A DNA stretch of 64,000 nucleotides from assembly GCA_011052815.1 (NCBI GenBank), contig DRIG01000023.1:466-64465 (forward strand), given 5' to 3'. Under the pieces are notes generated by a model. It saw only the letters and a program-made list of their open reading frames with translations. It was not told the DNA's origin and did not search any database. Within the stretch, counting starts at the first letter, position 1, and each line of letters starts with the position of its first letter. The position numbers were made by a program, and so were the translations under genes. The stretch is from a candidate division WOR-3 bacterium (lineage in GTDB: Bacteria > Hydrothermota > Tepidihabitantia > SM23-42). This document shows, in pieces, positions 10,409 through 20,299 of this stretch.

Positions 10409-10792
10409 ATGCCTGAAGTCATAACCGGTTCCCGAAAGAGAGCACGGGCAAAGGTAATGTTGAAATCCGGTACCGGAATAATAAAGATCAATAGTCGGGA
10501 TCCCCTCGCCTACTTCGGCAGGCAGGACCTCGTCGATCTCGTTCACCTGCCGCTGAAGACCGCCGGGGTTATGGGCAGTGTCGACATCCGGGTAAAAGTT
10601 CTCGGCGGTGGAATTGCTGGTCAGGCAGGGGCAGTATGCCACGGTATCGCCAAGGCACTGGTTAATTACAACCCTGAATTAAGGTCGCCCTTAAAGAGCG
10701 CCGGGCTCCTGAAACGTGACCCGCGCGAGAAAGAACGTATGAAATACGGATTAGCCAAAAGAAGAAAAAGATTTCAATTTTCCAAACGATAA
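10409..10792 (+). CDS. rpsI: 30S ribosomal protein S9
   Basis: GGGIAGQAGA, RDPREKERMKYG, RFQFSKR. Confidence 0.98.
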   Translation: MPEVITGSRKRARAKVMLKSGTGIIKINSRDPLAYFGRQDLVDLVHLPLKTAGVMGSVDIRVKVLGGGIAGQAGAVCHGIAKALVNYNPELRSPLKSAGLLKRDPREKERMKYGLAKRRKRFQFSKR

Positions 10793-10801
10793 GGAGGTAT
10801 C

Positions 10802-11533
10802 TTGGAGCTTGTTGATATTGAACAACTAATCACCGCCGGCGTGCACTTCGGACATCGAACCAAACGTTGGAATCCAAAGATGAAGAAGTATATTTTCGGA
10901 AAGAGAAACGGCGTTCATATCATAGACCTGCGCCAGACACAGGAAGCGCTCAAGCGTGCCTATGAAGCTGTCGTGCGTGTCGCTGAACAGGGAAAAGGTA
11001 TTCTGTTCGTCGGAACAAAAAAACAGGCTAAGGACATCATTAAAGAAGAGGCACAACGAGGGGGCATCTTCTATGTTACGGAAAGGTGGTTGGGCGGTTT
11101 ACTGACGAACTTCGAAACATTAAATCAGCGTGTTCATAGATTAAGGGAATTCGAGCAGATGAAAGAGGACGGACGGTGGGCGCTCCTTCCAAAGAAAGAA
11201 CTCTCCAGGGCGGAAAGGGAATTTTCAAAATTACTGAAATACTTCCAGGGGATCAAGGAGATGGACCGTTTACCGGGATTGGTCTTCATCATCGACATTA
11301 AAAAAGACGTAACCGCACTTCGGGAAGCAAAAAGAAAGAACATCCCGATAGTGGCGATGGTCGATACAAATGTTGATCCGACCGATGTCACCTATCCGAT
11401 TCCGGCGAACGACGATTCCATCCGCTCCATCGCCCTGATCACGAAGATAATCACAGATGCCGTCGTCGAAGGAAGAAAAGGGTTTGAAACAGAAGAAGAA
11501 GTAAAGGAGGAATATGGATCTGGAAAAAGTTAG
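10802..11533 (+). CDS. rpsB: 30S ribosomal protein S2
   Basis: AGVHFGH, RWNPKM, RWLGGLLTN, PANDDSIRSI; TTG start. Confidence 0.98.
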   Translation: MELVDIEQLITAGVHFGHRTKRWNPKMKKYIFGKRNGVHIIDLRQTQEALKRAYEAVVRVAEQGKGILFVGTKKQAKDIIKEEAQRGGIFYVTERWLGGLLTNFETLNQRVHRLREFEQMKEDGRWALLPKKELSRAEREFSKLLKYFQGIKEMDRLPGLVFIIDIKKDVTALREAKRKNIPIVAMVDTNVDPTDVTYPIPANDDSIRSIALITKIITDAVVEGRKGFETEEEVKEEYGSGKS

Positions 11534-12101
11534 AGAATTAAGAGCAAGAACCGGCGCCGGAATAGTGGATTGTAAAAACGCCCTTAATGAAGCCGGGGGC
11601 GATCTGGACAAAGCCGTGGATATATTACGAAAAAAAGGACTGGCTTTAGCGGCGAAGAAAGTCGGTAGGGTCACAAAGGAAGGGATCATCGACGCCTATA
11701 TCCATCCAGGTGACCGATTGGGGGTTCTGCTGGAAGTCAATTGTGAAACGGATTTTGTGGCGAGGACTCAGGAATTCAAACGATTCGTGCGCGACATCGC
11801 ACTTCAAATTGCAGCGAGTGAACCGATTGCAGTAAGTCGGGAAGAACTGCCTGCAGAAGTTATTGAACGGGAAAAAGAAATTTACCGAAGCATGGTCAAG
11901 GATATGAAAAAACCCCCTGAAATCATTGAAAAGATTGTCAACGGCAAACTGGAAAAATTCTATTCCGATGTTTGCCTTTTGGAACAACCATTTGTGAAGA
12001 TTCCTGAAAAAACAGTAGGGGAATATATTAAAGAGCAAATTGCTAAGTTCGGCGAGAACATCGTGATAAGACGCTTTGTCCGTTTTCGCCTCGGTGAATG
12101 A
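11514..12101 (+). CDS. tsf: Elongation factor Ts (short form)
   Basis: LRARTGAG, EVNCETDFVA, RRFVRF. Confidence 0.97.
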   Translation: MDLEKVRELRARTGAGIVDCKNALNEAGGDLDKAVDILRKKGLALAAKKVGRVTKEGIIDAYIHPGDRLGVLLEVNCETDFVARTQEFKRFVRDIALQIAASEPIAVSREELPAEVIEREKEIYRSMVKDMKKPPEIIEKIVNGKLEKFYSDVCLLEQPFVKIPEKTVGEYIKEQIAKFGENIVIRRFVRFRLGE

Positions 12102-12844
12102 AGAAAAAAAAGAATCTTAAAAGAACCTCAAAAAAATCAAGCTATCAAAGACTCATCCTCAAGATCTCCGGTGAAATACTGGGAGGAAGAAACAGCATCT
12201 TCAATATCCCGGCTATAGATTATATCGTAGAACAGATCGCCGCGGCGAGGAATATGGGAGTAAAGATCGGGGTGGTCGTCGGAGGCGGAAACCTTGTCAG
12301 AGGCAGACAAATCTCCTGGCTCAATAAAGTCGATGCGGACCTCTGCGGAATGATGGCGACCGTCATTAACGGCATTGTCCTGCATTCACGACTACTTGAA
12401 CACGGCATCACATCCCGATTGTGCAGCAGTATTGAAATCAACGGGATCATCAGGCGTTTCAATAAATTTGAAGACCGAAAATTCTATGAAAAAGGAGAGG
12501 TCTTGTTGTTCGTCGCTGGGACGGGCAACCCGCTGTTTACGACCGATACAGCCGCCGCCCTGAGGGCGGTGGAACTCGACGCCGACATTTTGATAAAAGC
12601 CACCAAGGTGGAAGGAGTATATACCGCGGATCCAGAGAAGGATAAAAAGGCAAAATTATTCAAAACCCTCACATTTAAAGAGGCAATAGCTAAGAATCTG
12701 GCGGTTATGGATTTATCAGCCTTCAAAATCTGCAAAGACGCCGGCGTCCCTATATGTGTATACAACCTGATGAAATACCCGCTCTCCAGAATCATAAAAG
12801 GTGACAAAATCGGAACATTTATAACCAAAGGGAGGACAAAATGA
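12098..12844 (+). CDS. pyrH: UMP kinase
   Basis: LKISGE, GGGNLVRG, GNPLFTTDTAAALRA. Confidence 0.95.
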   Translation: MKKKKNLKRTSKKSSYQRLILKISGEILGGRNSIFNIPAIDYIVEQIAAARNMGVKIGVVVGGGNLVRGRQISWLNKVDADLCGMMATVINGIVLHSRLLEHGITSRLCSSIEINGIIRRFNKFEDRKFYEKGEVLLFVAGTGNPLFTTDTAAALRAVELDADILIKATKVEGVYTADPEKDKKAKLFKTLTFKEAIAKNLAVMDLSAFKICKDAGVPICVYNLMKYPLSRIIKGDKIGTFITKGRTK

Positions 12845-13398
12845 TAAAAGAGATTCAGGAAAATGCCCGGACGAAAATGGAAAAATCCGTATCTCTTCTG
12901 ACTCAGGAACTGGCGAAATTAAGAACCGGTAGAGCTTCTCCGGCGCTTCTGGACGGAATCAAGGTGGAATATTACGGCAGTGTCTTACCGTTGAATCAAG
13001 TCGCATCAATAAGCATTCCCGAACCCCGTCTGATAATCATTCAACCGTGGGACAAAACCGCACTCGGTGCGATCGAAAAAACACTCTATAAATCCCCCAT
13101 TGGTATAACACCGAATAATGACGGAAATGTCATCAGACTTTCAATCCCACCGCTGACCACTGAACGCCGGGAAGAACTCGTCAAATTAATCCAGAAATTG
13201 GGTGAGGATACTAAAGTAGCAATAAGAAATATAAGAAGAGAAGCCAATAATGAGGTAAAAAAAGAAGAGAAGGATAAAAAGATCTCAGAAGATGAATCAT
13301 ATAAATCTCTGGAAATGATACAGAAAATAACCGATGAATATATCGAAAAAGTCGACGAAATACTTAAAAAGAAAGAAAAAGAGATCAGGGAAACATAA
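12841..13398 (+). CDS. frr: Ribosome recycling factor
   Basis: LRTGRAS, IQPWDK, PPLTTERR, AIRNIRR. Confidence 0.98.
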   Translation: MIKEIQENARTKMEKSVSLLTQELAKLRTGRASPALLDGIKVEYYGSVLPLNQVASISIPEPRLIIIQPWDKTALGAIEKTLYKSPIGITPNNDGNVIRLSIPPLTTERREELVKLIQKLGEDTKVAIRNIRREANNEVKKEEKDKKISEDESYKSLEMIQKITDEYIEKVDEILKKKEKEIRET

Positions 13399-13472
13399 CC
13401 CTGTTTGAAGTTGGAATATCTGTTAATAAACTATTTATTTAAATATTTGTCTAAAGTGTGAAAGGAGGAGAA

Positions 13473-13790
13473 ATGCCTAATTTTTGGAATGATTTGACGA
13501 AATGGTTGGAAGAAGCCTCGAAGGTGGTTGGTAAGGAAGCCGGTGACCTCACACTGAAAGGGCGACTTAAGCTCGAAATCTTCGAACTGAGAAGAAAGCT
13601 GAGAGACAACTTTTCTGATCTTGGTGCACTGATTTTTGAACAGGTATATCTCAAAAAGAAAGCGGAATGGAAAAAGAACGCCAAGATAACGGCGCTCGTC
13701 AGAAAGATAAAGAAGAATCAAAGGCTTCTTGCGAAGAAACAGGCTGAATATAAAAAGATCGGCAAACAGACAAAAAAGAAGAAAAGATAA
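13473..13790 (+). CDS. Hypothetical basic coiled-coil protein
   Basis: AAAGGAGG SD then ATG 13473; upstream TTGAAG-N16-TAAACT. Confidence 0.7.
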   Translation: MPNFWNDLTKWLEEASKVVGKEAGDLTLKGRLKLEIFELRRKLRDNFSDLGALIFEQVYLKKKAEWKKNAKITALVRKIKKNQRLLAKKQAEYKKIGKQTKKKKR

Positions 13791-13864
13791 GAGTTATTCA
13801 ACCAAAATAATCCAACCTCTCCGATCTACGGCTGGAATCACCGTGGATTAAAAAGGAGGTATAT

Positions 13865-15358
13865 ATGTCAAACAAAATTTCTTTACGGACAGCGGGTATC
13901 ATCACCGGTGCGGCAGCAGTATTCGCATTCCTCTTCGGGATCATCATAACGGTCAGTCTTCCCACCGTCGTGAACAAAGGTGAAGCGAGCCCGGGTGAAC
14001 AATCTGCTGTACCTTTAATCGATGAATCGGGTAACAGTCCTTTCACGAAGATCGTTGAACGTGTCTCGCCCGCCGTGGTCAATATCTCGGCTGAGAGAAA
14101 AGTAAGCAGCAATATAAGGAATTTTGAATGGCGCTTTGAAGGTCCCTTTGACGATTTCTTCCGGGATTTCTTTAAGGACTTCCCTAAATTTGAAGGCAAA
14201 ACCCAGACCCTCGGTTCAGGATTTCTCATCAGTTCGGACGGATATGTCGTAACAAACTATCATGTCATAAAAGACGCCTCTGACATAATAATAAAATTGA
14301 CGAATAAAAAAGAGTTCAAAGGAGACAAGGTCAAGATCATAGGTGCGGATAAGAGAACCGACATCGCCCTATTGAAGATCGAAAGTAAAGAAAAGCTGCC
14401 CTTCTTGAAATTCGGTGATTCGGAAAATGTAAAGGTAGGTGACTGGGCGATAGCCGTCGGCAATCCCTTCCATCTTGAAGGTACTGTCACCGTCGGAGTG
14501 ATTTCCGCAAAAGGCAGAGCCAACATCCCTCTTCCAGAAGGGCCTGATTTACAGAGTTTTCTTCAAACCGACGCGGCGATCAATCCCGGAAATTCAGGAG
14601 GACCTTTGATGAATATCCACGGTGAAGTGATCGGAATAAATACCGCAATCACTTCGCCCAGCGGCGGAAACGTCGGCATCGGTTTTGCGATACCGGCGAA
14701 TCTCGCCAATGAAGTAATTACAAAATTGAAGAGCGAAGGAAAAGTAATCAGAGGCTATCTCGGCATACGCCTCCAGGAAATCACCGAAGACCTTAAAGAA
14801 GCATTGGAATTGCCTTCCCTCGATGGTGTATTGATAAGCGAAGTTCTTGAAAATACACCGGCGAGTAAAGCCGGTTTCAAAAGCGGAGACGTCATTCTGA
14901 AGTTCGATGGAAAAAAAGTCACGGATATACAATCATTCCGGCTGCAGGTATCGTCCACGCCCGTGGGAAAGACCGTAAAGGCGGTGGTATATCGCGACGG
15001 AAAGAATAAAACCATTACGGTGAAGATCGGTGAATATCCTGAAGAGGAAATAAGCGCCGGACTTCCGCAAAAAGAAACCCCCGCACTGGGACTGAAAACA
15101 GTCGACATAGACGATTATCAGGCACGGCGATTCAACATCACGGCGGAGACAGGAGTTCTCGTCATCAATGTCGCAAAAGACTCACCGGCTGATAAAGCGG
15201 GTATTAAAACCGGCGACGTGATTCTGGCGGTCGGTAAAAAGAAAATAAACGATCTCGGAGATTACAATAAAGCAATCGCAAAATTGAAAAAAGGAAAACC
15301 TGTGATATTTCACATTCAGCGCAATAACAGAAAATTATATGTTGCAGTAACACCGTAA
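13865..15358 (+). CDS. degP: DegP/HtrA serine protease with two PDZ domains
   Basis: TNYHV, TDIA, GNSGG triad; two PDZ domains. Confidence 0.95.
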   Translation: MSNKISLRTAGIITGAAAVFAFLFGIIITVSLPTVVNKGEASPGEQSAVPLIDESGNSPFTKIVERVSPAVVNISAERKVSSNIRNFEWRFEGPFDDFFRDFFKDFPKFEGKTQTLGSGFLISSDGYVVTNYHVIKDASDIIIKLTNKKEFKGDKVKIIGADKRTDIALLKIESKEKLPFLKFGDSENVKVGDWAIAVGNPFHLEGTVTVGVISAKGRANIPLPEGPDLQSFLQTDAAINPGNSGGPLMNIHGEVIGINTAITSPSGGNVGIGFAIPANLANEVITKLKSEGKVIRGYLGIRLQEITEDLKEALELPSLDGVLISEVLENTPASKAGFKSGDVILKFDGKKVTDIQSFRLQVSSTPVGKTVKAVVYRDGKNKTITVKIGEYPEEEISAGLPQKETPALGLKTVDIDDYQARRFNITAETGVLVINVAKDSPADKAGIKTGDVILAVGKKKINDLGDYNKAIAKLKKGKPVIFHIQRNNRKLYVAVTP

Positions 15359-15362
15359 TTCG

Positions 15363-16196
15363 ATGTTCAGGGTAAGCGGTGACAGAGGACTGAAGCAATA
15401 TCTCACTGAGATAAGTCAATATCCGATACTCACAAAAAAAGAAGAGTTTGAACTCGCCCGCAGAATAAGGCTCAAAAATGATGAAGCGGCTAAGGAAAAA
15501 TTAATCTGTTCCAATCTGCGGATAGTCGTCTACATCGCGAAGAAGTTTCAACAGCAGGGTCTTACATTATCCGAACTGGTGAATGCCGGAAATGAAGGAT
15601 TGATTCACGCCGTCAACAAGTTCGATGAACGAAAAGGATATCGTTTTAATACCTATTCTGTCTGGTGGATAAAAAGGTCCATATACGACGCCATAAACGC
15701 CGGACGTGGGATTGTACCCAAAAGTTATCTTGCAAAAAGAATCCAGATTCAAACATTGAAATATGTCCAAAAACACGGTCAGGAGCCGACTGTGAAAGAA
15801 CTGGCGAAGATGCTGAAAGTGGACGAAAGTGCCATCTCCCTGGCGCTGGGTGAGCTGGTACCGCCTTATTCCCTTGACGAGACATTTGAAGATTCGGAAA
15901 ACCCTTATATCGAATCAGTCCGTCTTGATATTGAAGGAGCCGATAATTTAATCTCTCCGCCCCCTGACGAGCTTTTCAAAAAGAAGGTTCAGAAAGAAAA
16001 ATTGCTCAACGCCTTAAATACCCTCGAACCCCGAGAACGGGAAATTCTGAAAAGGAACTTCGGATTGGGGGATTATGAGGTGCACAGTCTGGAAGACATC
16101 AGCCGGATAATGAATATCACGCGGGAACGTGTCCGCCAGATAAAAGAGAATGCCTTGAGAAAGTTGAAGATCGTGATGTTGCGCCATAAGATTTAA
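15363..16196 (+). CDS. Sigma70-family sigma factor (regions 1.2-4, no region 1.1)
   Basis: QYLTEI, NLRIVV, GLIHAVNKFD, YSVWWIK, TRERVRQI. Confidence 0.92.
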   Translation: MFRVSGDRGLKQYLTEISQYPILTKKEEFELARRIRLKNDEAAKEKLICSNLRIVVYIAKKFQQQGLTLSELVNAGNEGLIHAVNKFDERKGYRFNTYSVWWIKRSIYDAINAGRGIVPKSYLAKRIQIQTLKYVQKHGQEPTVKELAKMLKVDESAISLALGELVPPYSLDETFEDSENPYIESVRLDIEGADNLISPPPDELFKKKVQKEKLLNALNTLEPREREILKRNFGLGDYEVHSLEDISRIMNITRERVRQIKENALRKLKIVMLRHKI

Positions 16197-16210
16197 AAAC
16201 CCCGGAAAGA

Positions 16211-16735
16211 TCACAGCTCTTCGATAAAAATCTCACGATTGGTATATATGCATATACCAGCGGCGATCTCAATCGCTTCCTCAACAATCTCTTTGGCGGA
16301 AAGGTTTGAATATTTGATCAATGCCCGACATGCTGCAAGCCCGTAAGAGCCGCCTGAACCGATGGCGACGATTCCGTCCTCAGGTTCCACAACATCCCCT
16401 GAGCCTGAAACAATATAAGCATGTTCTTTATCCAGGATTGCAAGCATCGCTTCAAGGCGACGCAGTACCTTATCCTGCCGCCAGTCTTTTGCCAGCTCCA
16501 CCACACTCCGCGGCAGGTTGCCGCTGAACGCCTCGAGTTTCGATTCGAACCGTTCAAAAAGTGTAAGGGCGTCGGCAGTGGAACCGGCGAAGCCAACCAG
16601 CACTCTGTTATTGTACATCTTACGGATTTTTCGGGCTGTATGCTTCATAATAACCTCTCCGGCTGTTATCTGACCGTCACAGCCGATCGCCACTTTTCCT
16701 TTATGTTTTAGACCAACTATAGTCGTTCCTCTCAT
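16211..16735 (-). CDS. hslV: ATP-dependent protease subunit HslV
   Basis: GTTI N-terminal Thr, [23 protein letters not shown]. Confidence 0.97.
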   Translation of the reverse strand: MRGTTIVGLKHKGKVAIGCDGQITAGEVIMKHTARKIRKMYNNRVLVGFAGSTADALTLFERFESKLEAFSGNLPRSVVELAKDWRQDKVLRRLEAMLAILDKEHAYIVSGSGDVVEPEDGIVAIGSGGSYGLAACRALIKYSNLSAKEIVEEAIEIAAGICIYTNREIFIEEL

Positions 16736-16749
16736 ACGAAACCTCCTCT

Positions 16750-17806
16750 GGGTTTAAATTTTTATATTACACATATCGCTTTGATCTTCGATTCGATCTT
16801 CTCATAACGTTTTTTCAACTCTATGTCTTCAACCATCTTCTCCTTCAAGCGCCGGCGTAATTGATGCACCGAAACATAATCAATCCTTCCCAACAAACTT
16901 CCTATCTGAACCTGAGTGAGTCCACAGTACCTGTACAACAGGTCGGCTGCCATCCCCCGAAGCTCACCATGAGCGCCGCGCTGCTCGAATAACTCTCTAC
17001 TGATGCCGTATTCCCGCTGGAAGATCTTGAAAAGTGCGGTCGGTTCCAGAGTCGCTGCTGTCGTATTCCGGGAAAACGACTGTTCCCGCCGCGCGCCCCA
17101 GCTTAAATACTGTTTGGCATAAACCACGAACTTATCGTCACCCAGGATGAATCGACTCTTCACCTTCTCAAAAGGATTTCCTTTATCGTATTTCAAACCG
17201 TCGATCATGAAATTACGATAGCCCCGCCGGCCGCCGGCCTTCGACAGAATAAAATCATAATTTATAAAAGAAAGTGCATATCGCTTTCTGAGATAACCAC
17301 CTAAACTGCTCCAGCGGTAATGTCTTGCATATCGCCACTGTCCACGATAATCCGCTGATCTTTTTCTCAATCGTACGATACTCAAATGAAGATATCGGGA
17401 AACTTCAAGTAAATAGGTATCGGCGTCAACCAGAAACGCCTGGTACCGTCCCTGATATAAACTGCCGCACCGGCCATAGCGGCGATTAAACCAGCTGGTG
17501 TAACGAATATTAAAGTGACGCATGAATTCAGAACAATTCGCTCTTCTGGTCTGAATCAGTAGATGAAAATGATCGGACAACATAATGTAGGCGAAGGGTA
17601 TGATCTGATAGATTTCTGATGATTCCAGGAGTAATTCGAGAAATCTGGAACGGTCTCTGTCATCAAGGAATATCCTCCGCCGTTCCATTCCCCGGCAGGT
17701 GATATAATACACCGCACCCGGGAATTGAATTCTTAAAGATCTCGCCATAAACTCAATATAACCATTTTACGGTTGATGTCAATGTACAATGTAAAGATTT
17801 GACCCC
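16750..17806. mobile_element. Y1/RAYT element bounded by imperfect 25-bp inverted repeats
   Basis: 16750..16774 GGGTTTAAATTTTTATATTACACAT vs reverse complement of 17782..17806 GGGGTCAAATCTTTACATTGTACAT, 19/25; no TSD seen. Confidence 0.6.
16762..17748 (-). CDS. REP-associated/IS200-like HUH tyrosine transposase (Y1_Tnp) with DnaA-C-like HTH tail
   Basis: RSLRIQFPGAVYYITCRG, HFH HUH motif, GSLYQGRY, RYLHL, RWSS; C-terminal GLTQVQIG..LGRIDYVSV. Confidence 0.88.
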   Translation of the reverse strand: MARSLRIQFPGAVYYITCRGMERRRIFLDDRDRSRFLELLLESSEIYQIIPFAYIMLSDHFHLLIQTRRANCSEFMRHFNIRYTSWFNRRYGRCGSLYQGRYQAFLVDADTYLLEVSRYLHLSIVRLRKRSADYRGQWRYARHYRWSSLGGYLRKRYALSFINYDFILSKAGGRRGYRNFMIDGLKYDKGNPFEKVKSRFILGDDKFVVYAKQYLSWGARREQSFSRNTTAATLEPTALFKIFQREYGISRELFEQRGAHGELRGMAADLLYRYCGLTQVQIGSLLGRIDYVSVHQLRRRLKEKMVEDIELKKRYEKIESKIKAICVI

Positions 17807-17886
17807 AGCTTTCGGCCTTGACAAGTTTCAGAATACGTATATAATATCTTATATGAAAACAACGGTTAATAGCAACAAGGAGGTCT

Positions 17887-18987
17887 ATGAAAAAATTAAT
17901 CGTGTTCTTTTGTTTTATTTGCATCGCCCTTGGCGAATGGCACCAGAGCAAGGAATTTACCTTACCTAAGGGACTCCAGGTCAATGACCTGGCTATAAGC
18001 AACACAGGAGAGCTGTGGATTCTCTCCTCATCTTCTATCCTTAAATATGAAACGGCTGCGGATGCTCCGTTTTATATCAGGGATTTTGAAAACGGTAAGG
18101 TGCTCGCCGTCTATGACAACACGGTCTATATCATTGACCAAGCCAACCGCTTATACTCCCTCGATCTCGTCAAGGAAGAGATGAAACGTGCTCTCAACAC
18201 GTCCTTAAATATAACCAACCAGATAGTCGTCGTGCCCGTTGAAGAAAAACCCTTCCTTGTAATCCGTGAAGCCAATCGCTTGTCTTTCATCCTAAACGAC
18301 AACCGGGTCGGCTCAATAAACACCGTGGCGGAAAAGATAAGTATGATCCCCACCGGTGATTATGGAAATTCACAAACTCCTTTCTATACCCTGTCCAATA
18401 ACCGCATCTCCGCCTGGGCCGGCGGAACATTCACCAATCCTGATGCCTATACTGAAAATCCGCTCTACAGCACATCAAGCGGTATACTCGACTTTACCGC
18501 CGACCGAAACGGTAATCTCTACATCCTCTTTTCCGACTCCATCGTTGTATTACAACCGAACGGTAAGTACCGGAAGAAAATATCCATCGATAATGTCCCG
18601 ATGAACTCAAAGATACTTACGGATCCGACAAACAACAATGTCGTTATTTTCAACAGGCGATTGAATTCCTTGAAAATTCTCACGGGCATACAAAAAAATG
18701 ACAGCCGGGAGATAATCGTGCTGAACAACAATCAGCCGAATCCTGTTGACAACTACACGGAGATCGAGTTCAGCATAAATCAACCCCTGAATCTGACCCT
18801 CACGATCTACAATTTGATCGGAGAACCGGTCAAGGTCATCGCCAGTGGACGTTATTCCAAAGGTACTCATAGAGCTGTCTGGCGGGCTGACGACGAAAAC
18901 GGAAACCTGGTGCCCAATGGAATCTATTTTTACCGTCTTGAATCGAACAAGGGTGTTGCAATAAGGCAACTTATCGTACTCAGATAA
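17887..18987 (+). CDS. Secreted beta-propeller-like protein with T9SS/FlgD-like CTD
   Basis: Signal peptide; NQPNPV..TEIEF..IYNLIGE..W..DENGNLVPNGIYFYRL; promoter TTGACA-N16-TATAAT at 17818-17845. Confidence 0.8.
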   Translation: MKKLIVFFCFICIALGEWHQSKEFTLPKGLQVNDLAISNTGELWILSSSSILKYETAADAPFYIRDFENGKVLAVYDNTVYIIDQANRLYSLDLVKEEMKRALNTSLNITNQIVVVPVEEKPFLVIREANRLSFILNDNRVGSINTVAEKISMIPTGDYGNSQTPFYTLSNNRISAWAGGTFTNPDAYTENPLYSTSSGILDFTADRNGNLYILFSDSIVVLQPNGKYRKKISIDNVPMNSKILTDPTNNNVVIFNRRLNSLKILTGIQKNDSREIIVLNNNQPNPVDNYTEIEFSINQPLNLTLTIYNLIGEPVKVIASGRYSKGTHRAVWRADDENGNLVPNGIYFYRLESNKGVAIRQLIVLR

Positions 18988-19719
18988 TTGCTGTTTGATA
19001 AAACCGAAGGCAGAAATATAGTCAATACCTGCCTTACATTAATAAGACAGGCGATAGAACGCCATCATTTTCTTGAAAAGAATTCCCGGGTTTTGATCGG
19101 TGTGTCAGGCGGTATCGACAGTATCTCTCTGCTTCTGCTGTTGACAGAATATAACCGGCGATACAACCAGAAGTGGGAGATACATGCTTGTCATGTGAAT
19201 CCTCAATTTCCGGGTTGGGATGCAACGTCACTAAAAAAAATATTCAAGGACCACAATATACGCCATACAATGGTCAGGACGACCATCTATCAAAAAATAA
19301 AAGCACTTCCGAATAAATGTTTTTTCTGCTCTCGTGAACGAAGAAAAAGACTCCTGGAAACAGCCGATCGACTCAACATCTTTCAGGTCGCCCTTGCCCA
19401 CCACAAAGAAGACGCTGCTGAAACCATGCTTTTGAATATGATCTACAACGGTGAAATATCGACTTTGGTTCCGAAGCAGTCGGTGATCCAGGGCAGGTTC
19501 TTTTTCATACGGCCGCTGTACTACCTCGACAAAGGAATTTTAGAGGCCCTGGTCAGAATCTACAAGCTCCCGGTTGCGGGTAACGTATGCCCTTTTTACA
19601 AGAACTCGAAGCGTGAAACGATAAGACGATTTCTTAAAAGACTCGAAAAAGGCAACCCCGATGCATACCACAACATTTTCAGGGCGATATTTCATATCAA
19701 AAAAACATATATGCCTTAA
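18988..19719 (+). CDS. ttcA: TtcA-family tRNA thiolase (PP-loop)
   Basis: SGGIDS PP-loop, CFFC, LAHHKED, IRPL, CP. Confidence 0.85.
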   Translation: MLFDKTEGRNIVNTCLTLIRQAIERHHFLEKNSRVLIGVSGGIDSISLLLLLTEYNRRYNQKWEIHACHVNPQFPGWDATSLKKIFKDHNIRHTMVRTTIYQKIKALPNKCFFCSRERRKRLLETADRLNIFQVALAHHKEDAAETMLLNMIYNGEISTLVPKQSVIQGRFFFIRPLYYLDKGILEALVRIYKLPVAGNVCPFYKNSKRETIRRFLKRLEKGNPDAYHNIFRAIFHIKKTYMP

Positions 19720-19750
19720 GATCGATTTCAAAGCAGACAGTCGTTTCTTT

Positions 19751-20299
19751 TTAATCTTTTTGTTTGAGGGTAAACTTTTGTAATATCTCATACACCGGGC
19801 CTTCCGGTGTAAGGGTGGATTTAAAAAGCACAAACTCCTTAATCCTGAACGGATCGGTTTTGAACTCTCCGGCGATGAGGTCATCCAGTTTACATCGCTT
19901 TTTAACCCGGCCTATCGTAAGATGGGCGTGGAAGCGCCTTTCTTTTTTAAAACCGAAATGAACCAATTCTTCTTCCAAATCTCCGGCGATGGTTTTAAGT
20001 TCATCCGCTCCCTGCCCGACACCGATCCACACCACCCTCGGATTTCGGATATCAGGGAAGCAGCCGAAATTTTCCAGATTGAGCTGGAAGTCCGTGTGTT
20101 TCCCGGCGATTTTCTCTACAACGGGTGTTATCTGTCGTCTCTTCTCTTCACTGGTTTCACCGAGAAATTTAAGTGTAATGTGGAGATTTTCGAACTTAAC
20201 CCATTTAATGGGTAAACCTTTTCTTCGCTCCGCAGCAAGTAATTCATCAATCCTTTTCCTCACGCCATGGGGAACTTCAACAGCAAAGAACAATCTCAT
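19751..20299 (-). CDS. thpR: RNA 2',3'-cyclic phosphodiesterase (2H family)
   Basis: HITL and HLTI 2H motifs, LFKSTL. Confidence 0.93.
   Translation of the reverse strand: MRLFFAVEVPHGVRKRIDELLAAERRKGLPIKWVKFENLHITLKFLGETSEEKRRQITPVVEKIAGKHTDFQLNLENFGCFPDIRNPRVVWIGVGQGADELKTIAGDLEEELVHFGFKKERRFHAHLTIGRVKKRCKLDDLIAGEFKTDPFRIKEFVLFKSTLTPEGPVYEILQKFTLKQKD

Noticed and set aside
17733-18005. Track ORFs over the RAYT repeat, the MITE (40377-40607) and the tRNAs (51358-51806)
   Set aside because: Shadow translations of repeats or RNA genes
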